From positions 36,580,001 through 36,644,000 of the forward strand of contig CM060731.1 in assembly GCA_030704615.1 (NCBI GenBank): a DNA stretch of 64,000 nucleotides, written 5' to 3'. The DNA is from Takakia lepidozioides. Lineage: Eukaryota > Plantae > Bryophyta. Position numbers and translations under genes: made by a program. The notes below the pieces were generated by a model that saw only the letters and a program-made list of their open reading frames with translations, made no database searches and was not told the origin of the DNA. Below are positions 26,600-37,106 of the stretch, piece after piece. Position 1 is the first letter of the stretch. Every line of letters starts with the position of its first letter.

Positions 26600-27619
26600 C
26601 TAACGATGCGTCACCACAGATATGTGTTGGTGATGGTGGAGCACTTCTCCAAGTGGATTGAGTTGGTTCCATTGCCTGACAAGGCTAGTGAGGGAGCTGC
26701 GTATGCATTCCTGGATCGTGTGCTTAGCCGATTTGGTGCTCCAGCTGAGGTACTCACGGACCAAGGGAGAGAGTTCTTGGGGGAGTTTCAGGCTTTGTGT
26801 GATAAAGCCTTGATAGACCACCGTACCACTTCTCGGGATCATCCTGAGGCCGATGGCTTGGCAGAGAGAGTGGTGCAGACGGTGAAGAGGGGTTTGCGCA
26901 AGTATGGCTTGCAAAAATGACACCTAGGAGATTGGGATCTTCAGGTACTTTGGCTAGCCATGGGCTACAGGTTTAGCAAGCAAGCATCACTTGCCTCCTT
27001 CTCACCATATTTCTTTCTTTTTGGCCGAGAGCCAGATTTGCCTTCGTCTATTCGCAAGGAGGCTGCAGTAGTCCTCAATCTTGATGATCCGGATGTGTGG
27101 ACACAAGCATGTGCCCAGCGGGCAGAGTTGTTCAAGAGAGTCATGCCTATGGCTTTTGAGAATCTTGCTATTACCCAACACCGAGACACATTGAGGTATG
27201 CCACTATACGTGGAGGGGGATATCGGCCAGGTGTTCGGCGTTTCTACCTTGGGGACTATGTGTATCTGCAGCAGACAGCGCCTACGACCTTGGATGTCAC
27301 AGCAGGACGTGTGATTCTAATGGTCAGGGAGGTGTTGCCTTCAGGAGTGTTGATTCTGGAGGGTCGAGATGGCATGGTATGGAAGGACCATGTGCGTAAT
27401 TGTGCGCCATGTCACCTTCCACATGTGGATGGGAGGATAGATCCCAACCTTGCAGTGGTACCTGCAGGATTGCGTTGCATGCTATGTGGGCATGCTTGTG
27501 GTGCCGCCACTATGCTGGTGTGTGATCGATGCTCAAGAGGTTGGCACATGGGATGCTTGACACCACCTCTTGAGAGGGTTCCTCATGGAGATTGGTTATG
27601 TCCACACTGCTTGGGATAG
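26600..27619 (+). pseudogene. Retroviral-type integrase core with C-terminal PHD finger
   Basis: VEHFSKWIEL, VLTDQGREF, DGLAERVVQTVK, stop at 26918, SPYFFLFGRE. C4HC3 PHD CMLC...CDRCSRGWHMGCLTPPL...DWLCPHC at 27476-27610. Confidence 0.9.
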
Positions 27620-27879
27620 TGGCAGTGGATATGACTAGTAGCAGCTCACAAGACATGGGAGGCCAAGCTCATAGGAGTCAATATCTAAGATCTCATGCTC
27701 AAGTTCACAGATTGCAAGACGGCAACTAACGATGGGGCAACTCTTGTACCCGGCCTCTTGATCTATTGAGTTTGAGTGTAGTAGGGACAGTGGTGGAGGA
27801 CTTAGTGAGGCTATGGCCACTATCACATCTTGTGGCTACCTGGACTTAGAGGGACCTAAGCGCCAGCTAGGGGGGCGAT

Positions 27880-28074
27880 TGTGATGGACTAGTGGCTGCA
27901 CTAGTGGTGGCTAATGGCAGCCTAGTGTTGGACTAGTGGCTGCACTAGTGGTGACTAGTGGTGGTCTAGTGGCAGCCTAGTGGTGCACTAGTGATAGACT
28001 AGTGTTTGGTGTGCACATATATTGTGTGGTTTGGACAGCGATATAGTTGTGTAGCGATATGTATGCGCACGACA
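27880..28074 (+). repeat. LTR-like unit B1 (TGTGATGG...CACGACA) with CTAGTGG tandem repeats
   Basis: Directly follows the PPT; TG...CA ends; repeated at 28398-28692. Confidence 0.75.
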
Positions 28075-28076
28075 GC

Positions 28077-28397
28077 TATCAAGTTATTTTACCACTAGTG
28101 TGAAGTTAGCTAGGAAATAACTAGTTTTTATATATTGACATTTGGGATTGACCCAAGTGTCAATCCAGGGGCCAATACATGTTTGGGCACCTGGCGTTGT
28201 TATCTTCACGGCAGATCGCGGTGGGCTCATCTTTCTCGAGTTGAGCCTCACCGCGCCTAGCTATGGCGCCGTAGTGTGGATTCCCCATGGCGTGGGGTGC
28301 ATTTGGCTTGACTTGTATTTGAGTGATGAGGTTATATATGCATGAGTTTATGCTTCAGATTTGTGAGCTCGTGCTTGTATTCTTCTTCTTTATCTAT
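28077..28397 (+). repeat. Diverged family A terminal repeat
   Basis: TATCAAGTTA...TTATCTTCACG...TCTCGAGTTGAGCC...CCCCAT aligns with 46915-47270. Confidence 0.8.
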
Positions 28398-28692
28398 TGT
28401 GATGGACTAGTGGCTGCACTAGTGGTGGCTAGTGGCAGCCTAGTGGTGACTAGTGGCTGCACTAGTGGTGGCTAATGACAGCCTAGTGTGGGACTAGTGG
28501 CTGTACTAGTGGTGACTAGTGGTTGTCTAGTGGCAGCCTAGTGGTGCACTAGTGGTGCACTAGTGGTGACTAGTGGTTGTTGCCTAGTGGTGCACTAGTG
28601 GTACACTAGTGATAGACTAGTGTTTGGTGTGCACATATGTTGTGTGGTTTGGACAGCGATGTAGTTGTGTAGCGATATGTATGCGCACGACA
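28398..28692 (+). repeat. LTR-like unit B2 with expanded CTAGTGG array
   Basis: Same start and end as B1, with more tandem units. Confidence 0.75.
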
Positions 28693-28885
28693 AACCTATC
28701 CGCATCTCTTTCCAGTTTGCAGGTCTAGGTCGTTGCATTCTGTACCAACTATCGGCTTTCCCTAAGAGACTCAACCTTGCCACTTGGAACAGCCTCTCCC
28801 TCCGTATATTCGCAATGTCAATAGCCATTTGCAACCTCTCAATCCAGCCCACGACATCTTCAACTGATAATCCCTGGAATTGGAG
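28693..28885 (-). pseudogene. Retrotransposon gag fragment
   Basis: FQGLSVEDVVGWIERLQMA...LSLLGKADSWY...PANWKEM, a typical retrotransposon gag motif. Confidence 0.65.
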
Positions 28886-28889
28886 TGGG

Positions 28890-30365
28890 GGTAGGCATTG
28901 AGGGAAGTGTTGCTGGAAGGTGGGCTTTGAGGATATTCTGAAGAAGAAGAGCCTTGGATGCCTGCTGCTTGGAGTTCTGAGATGATGGGGCCCTTGCCCC
29001 TGTGGGATTTGGAAGCTGGTGCAGAGGAGGCCTCAATGACCATAGGGTCCTCAATTTGTCTTCTTTTCTTTGTTGGCGGGGAGATGGAAATCTGATTGAC
29101 TGCACAATCCCAGGCATGGTTGCTCCGATCAAGGGCAGGCCTCTGGTCAACTTTCTTTAGTGAGAGTGTGTGATTGATTGGAATTCCTGGGTGGGGATCT
29201 GTGGTAGGAGCTGAATTTTGAATAATTTCGGTGCTTCCGTGCCCAGCCTGTGGGTTGTTCATTCTCCTTCTTTTCAGCCTGGGGCAACCTGCCTTGAGGT
29301 GCCCAGATTTTCCACAATAATAACATGCCGAAGCTGCCGTGTCCTCAGACACTTTCACAGAGAAATAATTGCCTTGATTGTCAATTGGCAGTTGAATTCT
29401 GGAAGTTCCTGATCGTTGGGCATAAGCACTACTATCTTAGGAAATCCGTTTTCATTTGCCTTAGATGAAATGGTAGACCCTCTCCATGCTGGGTGCTGTC
29501 GCAGGGAGGTAGTGTATGAATCATTTTCAAAGACCGCCAAACATCCCAAAAAAGCACCAAAGTAATTGCCTATAGCCGGTAGGCTTAAGAGGTATTGGTC
29601 AGGAATGTAAGGCAACGATATGATCCTTGGGCTCCATATCTTGCCATTCTTGTTTCCCTTGCATCTGGACCATGGGAAAATATTGACATTAAGCCCATGC
29701 AGATGAGGATTGAACGCTCGGGCTTTGTCCGCTGCCTCTTTGGAATAAAAAAGAATGGAGAAGAATCCACGGCCTCTTGCATGACAAAAGTGATGAAGCA
29801 AGTCACTTGATGCACCTAGATGACGATTAGCCCAGTCTCGCGCTTGGTTTCTAGTCACTTTCTTGCCTGGGAAATGAAGAAGGATACCGTTGTTCTCATA
29901 TTGAGCTGCATCTGAGTCAATCTGGTCGAGCTCCAATGGGACGAGTGGGTGATCCCTGGCGATTGCAGACTGCAAGGCAGTGGAGTCTGAAGGGGAATCT
30001 TCCGAGAGATCTGTGGGCGGGCTGCCTGGAATGGGCGGGCTCGGGGAAACTGAGTGGGGCCCGGAAGAGATCTCTGCAGCAGCATTGTGAATGGGGGGCC
30101 TCAGGGGAGGGCCTGGAGCGAACTGAGGTGGGGGACAGTTTGCCTGAGAAGAACTGTGCGCAATGAGGCCCATGGAATGCGTTTGATGCGCAATGAAGAA
30201 ACCTGTCCCTGTTGACGGGTGGAGTTTGCGGGGATCCGCAAACCTAGGGCCTTGACCTGGGCGATGGGTTGCTGAATTGAAGGCTTTGTGAAGGAAGGGC
30301 GCCATGGGGGGGAAGCGAGCAGATGCCACAGGAGAGGGAGCTGGAGGAGAAGGAGGGGAGGGCAA
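28890..30365 (-). pseudogene. LINE (L1-like) ORF1: RRM/DUF4283-like region and zinc knuckle; ORF2 absent
   Basis: RGRGFFSILFYSKEAADKA...NIFPWS, LPYIP...LPAIGNYFGAFL, CYYCGKSGHLKAGC after a frameshift near 29356. Confidence 0.75.
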
Positions 30366-31251
30366 TTGAGAGGAAACCAGATAACAAGAATCAGCTAGCC
30401 AGATGCAAGCAAATGAGAACTTGCAGGCACCTTAAGCTTAGCCAGGCGAGGAAGCAGAGAAGAGGACTGGAGGAAAGGCGCTGGCTAGAAAACGAGGCCC
30501 GAGCTGATCAGTTGCCGCAACGAAGCGCGAGTAGGGGCTTAGGGGTGAGTTAGTGAAGGCGGCTCCTAGGAAATTTAAGCCAGAGGCTGGCATTAATCAT
30601 TTCCATGATGAAAAAGGTAGGGATCGGATTGGCCACGATGTTTTGGCAGGAGATTAGGGGGGGGGGGGGGGGGGACTTGTGTACTTGGCGGTTGCGCTTT
30701 AGGGAGAATTAATAGAGGTGAACCGAGAAGCATACGGCTAAGCATGCGACTCTGATGAAGACAGAAAGGCTCGTCATGACAGCCGCTTAGATCCGGTGAT
30801 AGGGATGGGGCCTGCCGAAGACACCGAGTTATGATGTTCGGGATGATTCGTGAGGTACTGCATTGGCTTGTTTGGGACTTAGAGTCGATAGTGGGGAAGA
30901 AGGGGAGTCCGAGTGCTAGGGTTGAAGAGGTGTGGAGGCTGTCTGCGAAGCTTACACACACCGCTCTTGCGGAGCTCTTCCTCTTCCTCCATCTGTCTTC
31001 CTAAATTTTGTTTCTACAAAATAGGACACAATGGCCTTCATATTTCGATATGCGCCGGCGCATACCAGACAACAATGTTTAATTAATTTAATTAATTTAA
31101 TTTTTGTTTTTATAAAACAGGGACAGTGACCCTCATATTGTCATTTTTTGGCTTCCTCGGATATATGGTTGTTATGCAGTAATCCGCAGAAATACGTCCC
31201 ATTTCTTAATGTTTTGACGACCTATCCATGGTCATAATCATATATAATTTA

Positions 31252-31785
31252 TGTTATGGACTCACGATTTCCAGCTCACCGCTCACGGTTTAGCGTCCCT
31301 GAAAGAAAACCTATCAATCCACAAACACCCGAATTGCAATAGAGAGGAAAAGAAACAAACTTTACAATGTCAACTCAAAGCAAAAGAACTTAGGGGAGAA
31401 CCAACATCTAACAAACAAAAAACCAAAGAGTCACTGCCAAAGCCGTGCGGAAAACTTGCCAAGGCCTCATGGCACAATGAGGGAGGGAAGGAGAGCACAT
31501 AAAGGAACACATGTATTCAGGCACTTGGATACACATGTCTGTTGACAACATTTGAAGGAGCATTGGCGCTTTGACCTTGGGAGTAGCCATTTCCAAGGGA
31601 ATATCCATTTTCTCCTTGGGGAATAACCTATTCCCCCTCCATTTCTCTTGTAGAGTTAGGCCATTTCCTCCTTAGGAATAGCCACTTTTCATGGCCGATG
31701 GCCGTGCCCCGGTTATGAGCGTCAAGTCCGTCCGTCAGCGTCAGGTCACGTCAGACCTGATGCTGATGGGACCTCCGTCACGACA
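31252..31785. repeat. Possible solo LTR
   Basis: Starts TGTTATGGACT and ends CACGACA, like unit B (TGTGATGGACT...CACGACA). The interior is unrelated and there is no TSD. Confidence 0.35.
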
Positions 31786-31844
31786 GGTTCGGAGAATATT
31801 CTAGTAAAAATAGTACCAGGTAAAATACTGCTATTTAAGCAGCC

Positions 31845-32860
31845 ACGTCGCCGACACGGTGGCGGTGACAAATACATTTTGAAAATTAACAAAATGAACG
31901 CAACCGCTAATTCTGGCAACGCTTTGTTTTTCGAAATTAAAAAAGAAATAGCGACCGTCATATTGGCGGTCGCTTCAATTTATTTTAAAAAAAAACAAGA
32001 TTGGCGGTTGCTTTATTTTTCGAAATAAAAAAAGAAATAGCGGCCGTCATATTGCCAGTCGCTTTATTTTTTGAAATAAAAAAAGAAATATCGACCGCCA
32101 TATTGGCGGTCGCTTCAATCTATTTTTAAACAAAAGCAAGATTGGCAGTCGCATTGACGGTTGCCTAATTTAAAAAAGAAAACAAGTGACTGCCGTATTG
32201 GCAGTCGCACAATTTTACAAATTTATACAGAATAAGCGACAACCATATGGCGGTAAGATAATTTCAAAAATATATTAAAAAACAAGCGACCGCCATTTGG
32301 AGGTCGCTTAATTTCAAAAATATATAGAAAAACAAGCGATCGCCATATGGCGGTCGGATAATTTAAAATTATATAAAAAATAAGCGACATATGAAAATAA
32401 AAGCGACGCCACACCGGTGGTCGCTTATTTTAAAATAAAACAATGTTTGCGACCGCCAAACTGGCGGTCGCTTAAATTTAATAACGTATTAAAAAAAAGG
32501 CGACCATCCAACTGGCGGTCACTTAAACTTGAAAATATAAAGATTTAAAGCGACTGCCTTACTGGCGGTCGCGTTTTTTGAAAAATATTAAGAATTAAAG
32601 CGACCACCATATTGGCGGTCGTTTATTTTAAATATATAAACAAATGAAGCGACCGCCATACCGGCGGTCGCATTATATTTTGAAATAAAAAACAATAGCG
32701 ACCACCATAGAAACAGTCGCTCAAATTTTAAAATGTACAAAATAGAAGTGACCGCAATATTGCACAAAATGAAAGGAAATAAAAGCGATCGCAATACTGG
32801 CGGTCGCTTGTTTTTCATAAAAAATAAAAATACCGACCGCAGTATTAGCGGTTGCTTAAT
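31845..32860. repeat. Array of GCGACCGCCA-nnn-TGGCGGTCGC inverted motifs in A/T-rich spacers (transposon subterminal-type)
   Basis: Roughly 20 degenerate copies, e.g. ~32092, ~32449, ~32649. Confidence 0.85.
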
Positions 32861-33295
32861 TTCAAAATCATAACAAATATGGTTGTACCGCCTTTTTCGA
32901 GTGGGCGCTATTGGTTCGTCATTTATTCATTTAACTTTCATTTCATTTCACTTTCATCCTTCCTTGAGCATATATAAGGGAGCAGGGTCACCAAGCTCCT
33001 CACTTATTTTGGCGCAAACACCTGAGGTTGCTTTGGATGTTTTCCTCCATTGGACGAGAGTGTAGCCCAAGAGGAGGGTGCGCACTTTTTGCCGTTGTGG
33101 CTTCCACCAAAGCTACTTCAGCAGATTGTGTATAAGCTCAACACTTCAACCCACATCGACCCACTTGGGTTGGTGACAGGTGTACAAGTGTTGGACTATC
33201 GCATTGCACTCTACATTCACAACACGTTCATTTATAGATGACTGTTTTTTATTACTTACATCGCTAGGGCCCAGGGGAGTGGATATTGGGTAAAG

Positions 33296-35269
33296 ATGAG
33301 GGAGGAATGGAACCCTTGCTATATAGTAATCCCGAACACTGTCAATGTTACTGGCAGTGTTGAGTGCAACCTATGTGGATTGAAACTTTCTTATCGTAAT
33401 GATCGGCTGCTCGCTCACCTTGGCTATAGAGGTGTGAAGAGCGTCGGAGTGGGTTTATGCCCTAAAATATTTATGCGGGTAAAAAACCACTTTGCCCAGT
33501 GTGGAGGCAATATTCCAATGTCTCTGGATCTAGACATGACCTCTGAGCAGAACACTCCATCTTCCTGTCAGGATGCCCGATTAGTACCCAAGACGACTCA
33601 TTTGAGATTTCAGGTGTTCATTGGACAAGTGGGTTATGCCGGAGCAACACATGCTTTAACACCTCTTTGTACCCCTACACTTCAACGGAATAGAGGATTA
33701 CGGCAGCAATCCATGCAGGAAGGTCTTAACTTGTCTGCGAAAAGGCAGTTGGATAAAAAATGGGCGCAGTTTTTCTTCGAAGCCAACATATCATTTAATG
33801 TGGCAAGGCTTCCGGCATTTGTTTCTGCCGTTAGAGCAACCTCGGAGTCCAGATCCACATACGTGCCTCCGACTTATCACAATCTCCGCAAATGATTGCT
33901 AGAAGACGCCAAGACCGAACTTACCCAAAATGTCAACGATAGGACGGGCGAGTGCATCAGAAAATATAGAAGCACCATTGTTCAATGTCATGCTCGTATG
34001 TCCAGCTAGGGAACAATTCTTGGGATCGGTCGACACTAGCGGTGTGAAGAAAGATTGACGTTATCAATGTCAACTATTGACAGACTTCCTCGAACAGGTC
34101 GGAAGTGATAGAATCGTGCAAATATGCACAAACAATGTCACTAACATGAAAAACACTGCAGACAGGTTGTTGGCACGTTATCCCCATATATACTATCAAG
34201 GTTGTGCTGCTCATATCCTTGACCTCATTTTGGAAGATTGGAAAAAAGAACAGTGGGTGAAACAACTTGTCAAGCGAACGAAGACCGTTGTGTCGTTTAT
34301 CCACACACACCACATCCCTTTGGCAATATATAGGATGCACGAACCCAAAATACAGCCTCCGGAATCCAGGCGAAACTCGTTTTGCCTCTAACTTCTTGAT
34401 AGTGGATCGGTTGGTGACGGAAGAGCAGTCTGGAGCACACCATCATCGATCCTCAATGTGATGCGTACACACGGACATTGCGGGACTCCTGGAAAAACCA
34501 AGTCATTGGGCAAAAATTTAAAAGTTCGGAACAACATTTGCAGCGATGATTTCTGGAAGAAATGTGAAAACTTTGATTATATGGTAGAGCCGGTGTTAAT
34601 CGTCTTGCGGGAGTTTGATGGAAAGCAATCAGTAATGGGCAAGACATGGTTACTAATGCAAAATCTTGATAAGCACGTCCAATCCCTGAGGCATCATCCC
34701 TTCTCCTTGGAACCTGAACTTGCGGACAATGCTTCGGATGTATTTTACGACGTCTTTCGATGGTTCGAACGGACTTACATTATGCGGGGATTTTGCTCAA
34801 TCCATTCTTGCTCGACAAATATCATGTTCCGGGATGACGCTGATGCCAAGGTCGGCCTCGTGCGAGTGCTCATGCGACTGGCTCCGCCGAACATGGCAGA
34901 GAGAGCTATATCCGAGTACCAATGCTTCTCAAATCGTCGCGACCCTTTTGAAGACATGTCAGATCCAAAAGAGCTCAATATGTTGTCACATGAATGGCGG
35001 GATTTGATTGGAGTTGGAGCAAGAACATTGGCTCCCATTGCGAAGCGTATTCTTGCCCAAGTATGCTCTGCCTCATCTTGTGAACGCAATTGGAGCAGTT
35101 ACTCATTTGTTCACAACAAGATTCGCAACAGGTTGAATCCCGCGAGGACTGACAAATTGGTCTATATGTATACCAATTGTCGACTCCTACGTGAGAGGGC
35201 AGCGGATGATGCTGCAGCATGGTATGAGAGGAATTTACATTCCGAAGACTCTGCTTCTGAGATAGATTC
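33296..35269 (+). pseudogene. hAT transposase (BED finger, DUF659-type core, dimerisation domain), degenerate
   Basis: CNLC...RLLAHL, AQFFFEANISFNVA, CAAHILDLILED, ETRFASNFL, CSASSCERNWSSYSFVHNKIRNRL. Multiple frameshifts; cut by an LTR at 35270. Confidence 0.9.
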
Positions 35270-35890
35270 TGTCACGGACATAGCCCATAGGAACTTATCA
35301 AGAGTAAATACAAGAAGTTACCAAGTTACCAAGTTACCAGAAGTTACTATGACTTACCGAGATTTACCATGATCTATCATGATTTAACATTACTTACCAA
35401 GTTACCGGGAGTTTATCAAATTACCAAGAGTAACTTGGGAAACTACTCAGGAAGCTTCATTTGGAGGAAACTTCTCCATGAAGATACCTCATTTGTTTAA
35501 GGAAGTTTCTCCATCAATAAACCGTTGTTTAATCTTGGAAACTTCTCCAGCAAGAAACCTCCATAGGGGAAGCTTCTTAGTAGCCAGTATATATAGGAGG
35601 CGAGACTGGACACTCTTCAGTCTCGCCAACACCAGTTCAAGCTACTCTTGTTTCTAGTTCCCAGTACTCTAGCCTACTTTACAATATATCTGGTACCCCA
35701 GTCCAGTTTCCAGCATTCCAATATTCAAGTCGTGTTCCAATATCTTGTACTCTTGTTCATTATTATAAAGATCGTCTTGATTCCAATTTACTCATCATGC
35801 ATTCGGCCACGCCGACCTTGACTTCTTGTCTAGCCTTGTACCTCTAGTCTTATCTCTTGTTTGCGTTCAGTCATGTTCTCGTCCTCGACA
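35270..35890 (+). repeat. 5' LTR of Tcn1-like chromovirus (family C)
   Basis: TGTCACGGAC...CCTCGACA, TATA-like box at ~35588. An inverted homologue lies at 44296-44914. Confidence 0.9.
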
Positions 35891-35892
35891 GT

Positions 35893-35903
35893 TTGGCGAG
35901 ACT
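35893..35903 (+). promoter_or_regulatory. Self-priming primer-binding site
   Basis: TTGGCGAGACT is the exact complement of AGTCTCGCCAA at 35619-35629, about 30 nt after the TATA box. Confidence 0.7.
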
Positions 35904-35928
35904 AAAGTTTGTTCCTTAGTTAGTTAAG

Positions 35929-36396
35929 ATGGAAGGCACATTTGCGGAAATGGTCGTCACATTGCAGAGTCTTCAGCTCCAGATGCAAGAACTTTGTGCC
36001 TCTACTGCCCAACTACAAGCTGATCAGTCTCAAGACCTTGGCAATGCTTTCAACAATTTGCAACAACAAATTTCAGAATTGAAGGAGTTGAACAATGGAT
36101 CTTCAACCTTACGAGTCCCTACTACAACAAATCCTATTGCAACGGTTCCTCCAAATCTTCAACAGATTACAAGGGAACCAAAGGTCAGCATGCCCGAGAA
36201 ATTTGATGGGAGGATATCAAGATTTCACGGTTTTGTTCAACAAGTACGATTGTTCCTACGACTACATCCACAACGTTACTCTGATGAAGGTATTCAAGTG
36301 GGATTCGTGGGCACCATTCTATCAGGCACTGCCCTATCTTGGTTTGCACCACTATTAGAAAAAAAATTTGCATTTACTATACAATTTTAAAGCGTT
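35929..36396 (+). pseudogene. Chromovirus gag, truncated
   Basis: EPKVSMPEKFDG...FVQQVRLFLRLHPQRY...LSGTALSWF. Confidence 0.85.
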
Positions 36397-36499
36397 CACT
36401 ATGGTGACCGGATATTATCCCCAAATGGAGATTAGCGCAATACTTTGCTTTACGATGTACAAGGTCCAACCCACTTATTCACTTGTGGAATTGTATTGA

Positions 36500-37045
36500 C
36501 AGGAAAGTGATGATCGGTGGCGATCATCGCTTCCAAGTCTATTTCTTTGCTCAATGTCTCATGCACTAAAAGGCAGGCATGTTGTCTCGCAAGTGATGAT
36601 CGGTGCCGACCATCACATTCAGACCTCATGGATGTGTGCATCCCAAGGCTGTCTTGATGTGATGATCAGTATAGATCATCGCTTACATCATCCTTGTCAT
36701 TCCAAATGTGGTTTGAAAGTTTAGGGTGTGTCATTTTCGATGGCAGATACTGATGATCACCACCGATCATCACTATCAGTTGAATTTTAAGAAAAACATC
36801 AGGGTGTCTGAAGTCTTCTTCCGAACATGCAGAAAGTGATGATCGGTACCGATCATCAATATTCATTGACTGTCATTTTTAATATGAGTTCGGAAAACTT
36901 CTTGTGTGCAAAATGTGGATTGCGATGGCCGCCACCGATCATCGCATACAGGTGAGAACTAAGTGAAAGTGCATTGGGAGACACAGTAAACTGTCCATTC
37001 ATTTGTTAGAAGACAAAGTGATGGTCGGTACCGATCATCATTGTT
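36500..37045. repeat. TGATGATCGGTACCGATCATCA palindrome array
   Basis: Perfect 22-bp copy at 36837; variants at ~36508, 36594, 36660, 36751, 36925, 37019. More copies at ~38945, 39082, 39176, 40406. Confidence 0.85.
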
Positions 37046-37106
37046 TCAAAATGTCTGTTTCCAGAACACCAGTTGAATGTTGCTATTTTGGGTTTTGTGT
37101 ATGCAG

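Larger units (their letters stand above)
25806..28397 (+). mobile_element. 3' part of a Gypsy element: DNMT C-terminus, internally deleted RT/RNase H, integrase, PHD, PPT, terminal repeats
   Basis: Remnants TVEEHEKH (RT) and VVHRPGLVNRDADGLSR (RNase H end), integrase core, polypurine tract AGGGGGGCGA at 27869-27878. Confidence 0.85.

Noticed and set aside
31845-32860. CRISPR-like array
   Set aside because: Repeats are degenerate, spacers are low-complexity A/T and mutually similar, there are no cas genes, and the context is eukaryotic.
36397-36401. CACTA transposon terminus
   Set aside because: There is no matching TAGTG at the other end (~42015) and no CACTA transposase; the C may belong to gag.
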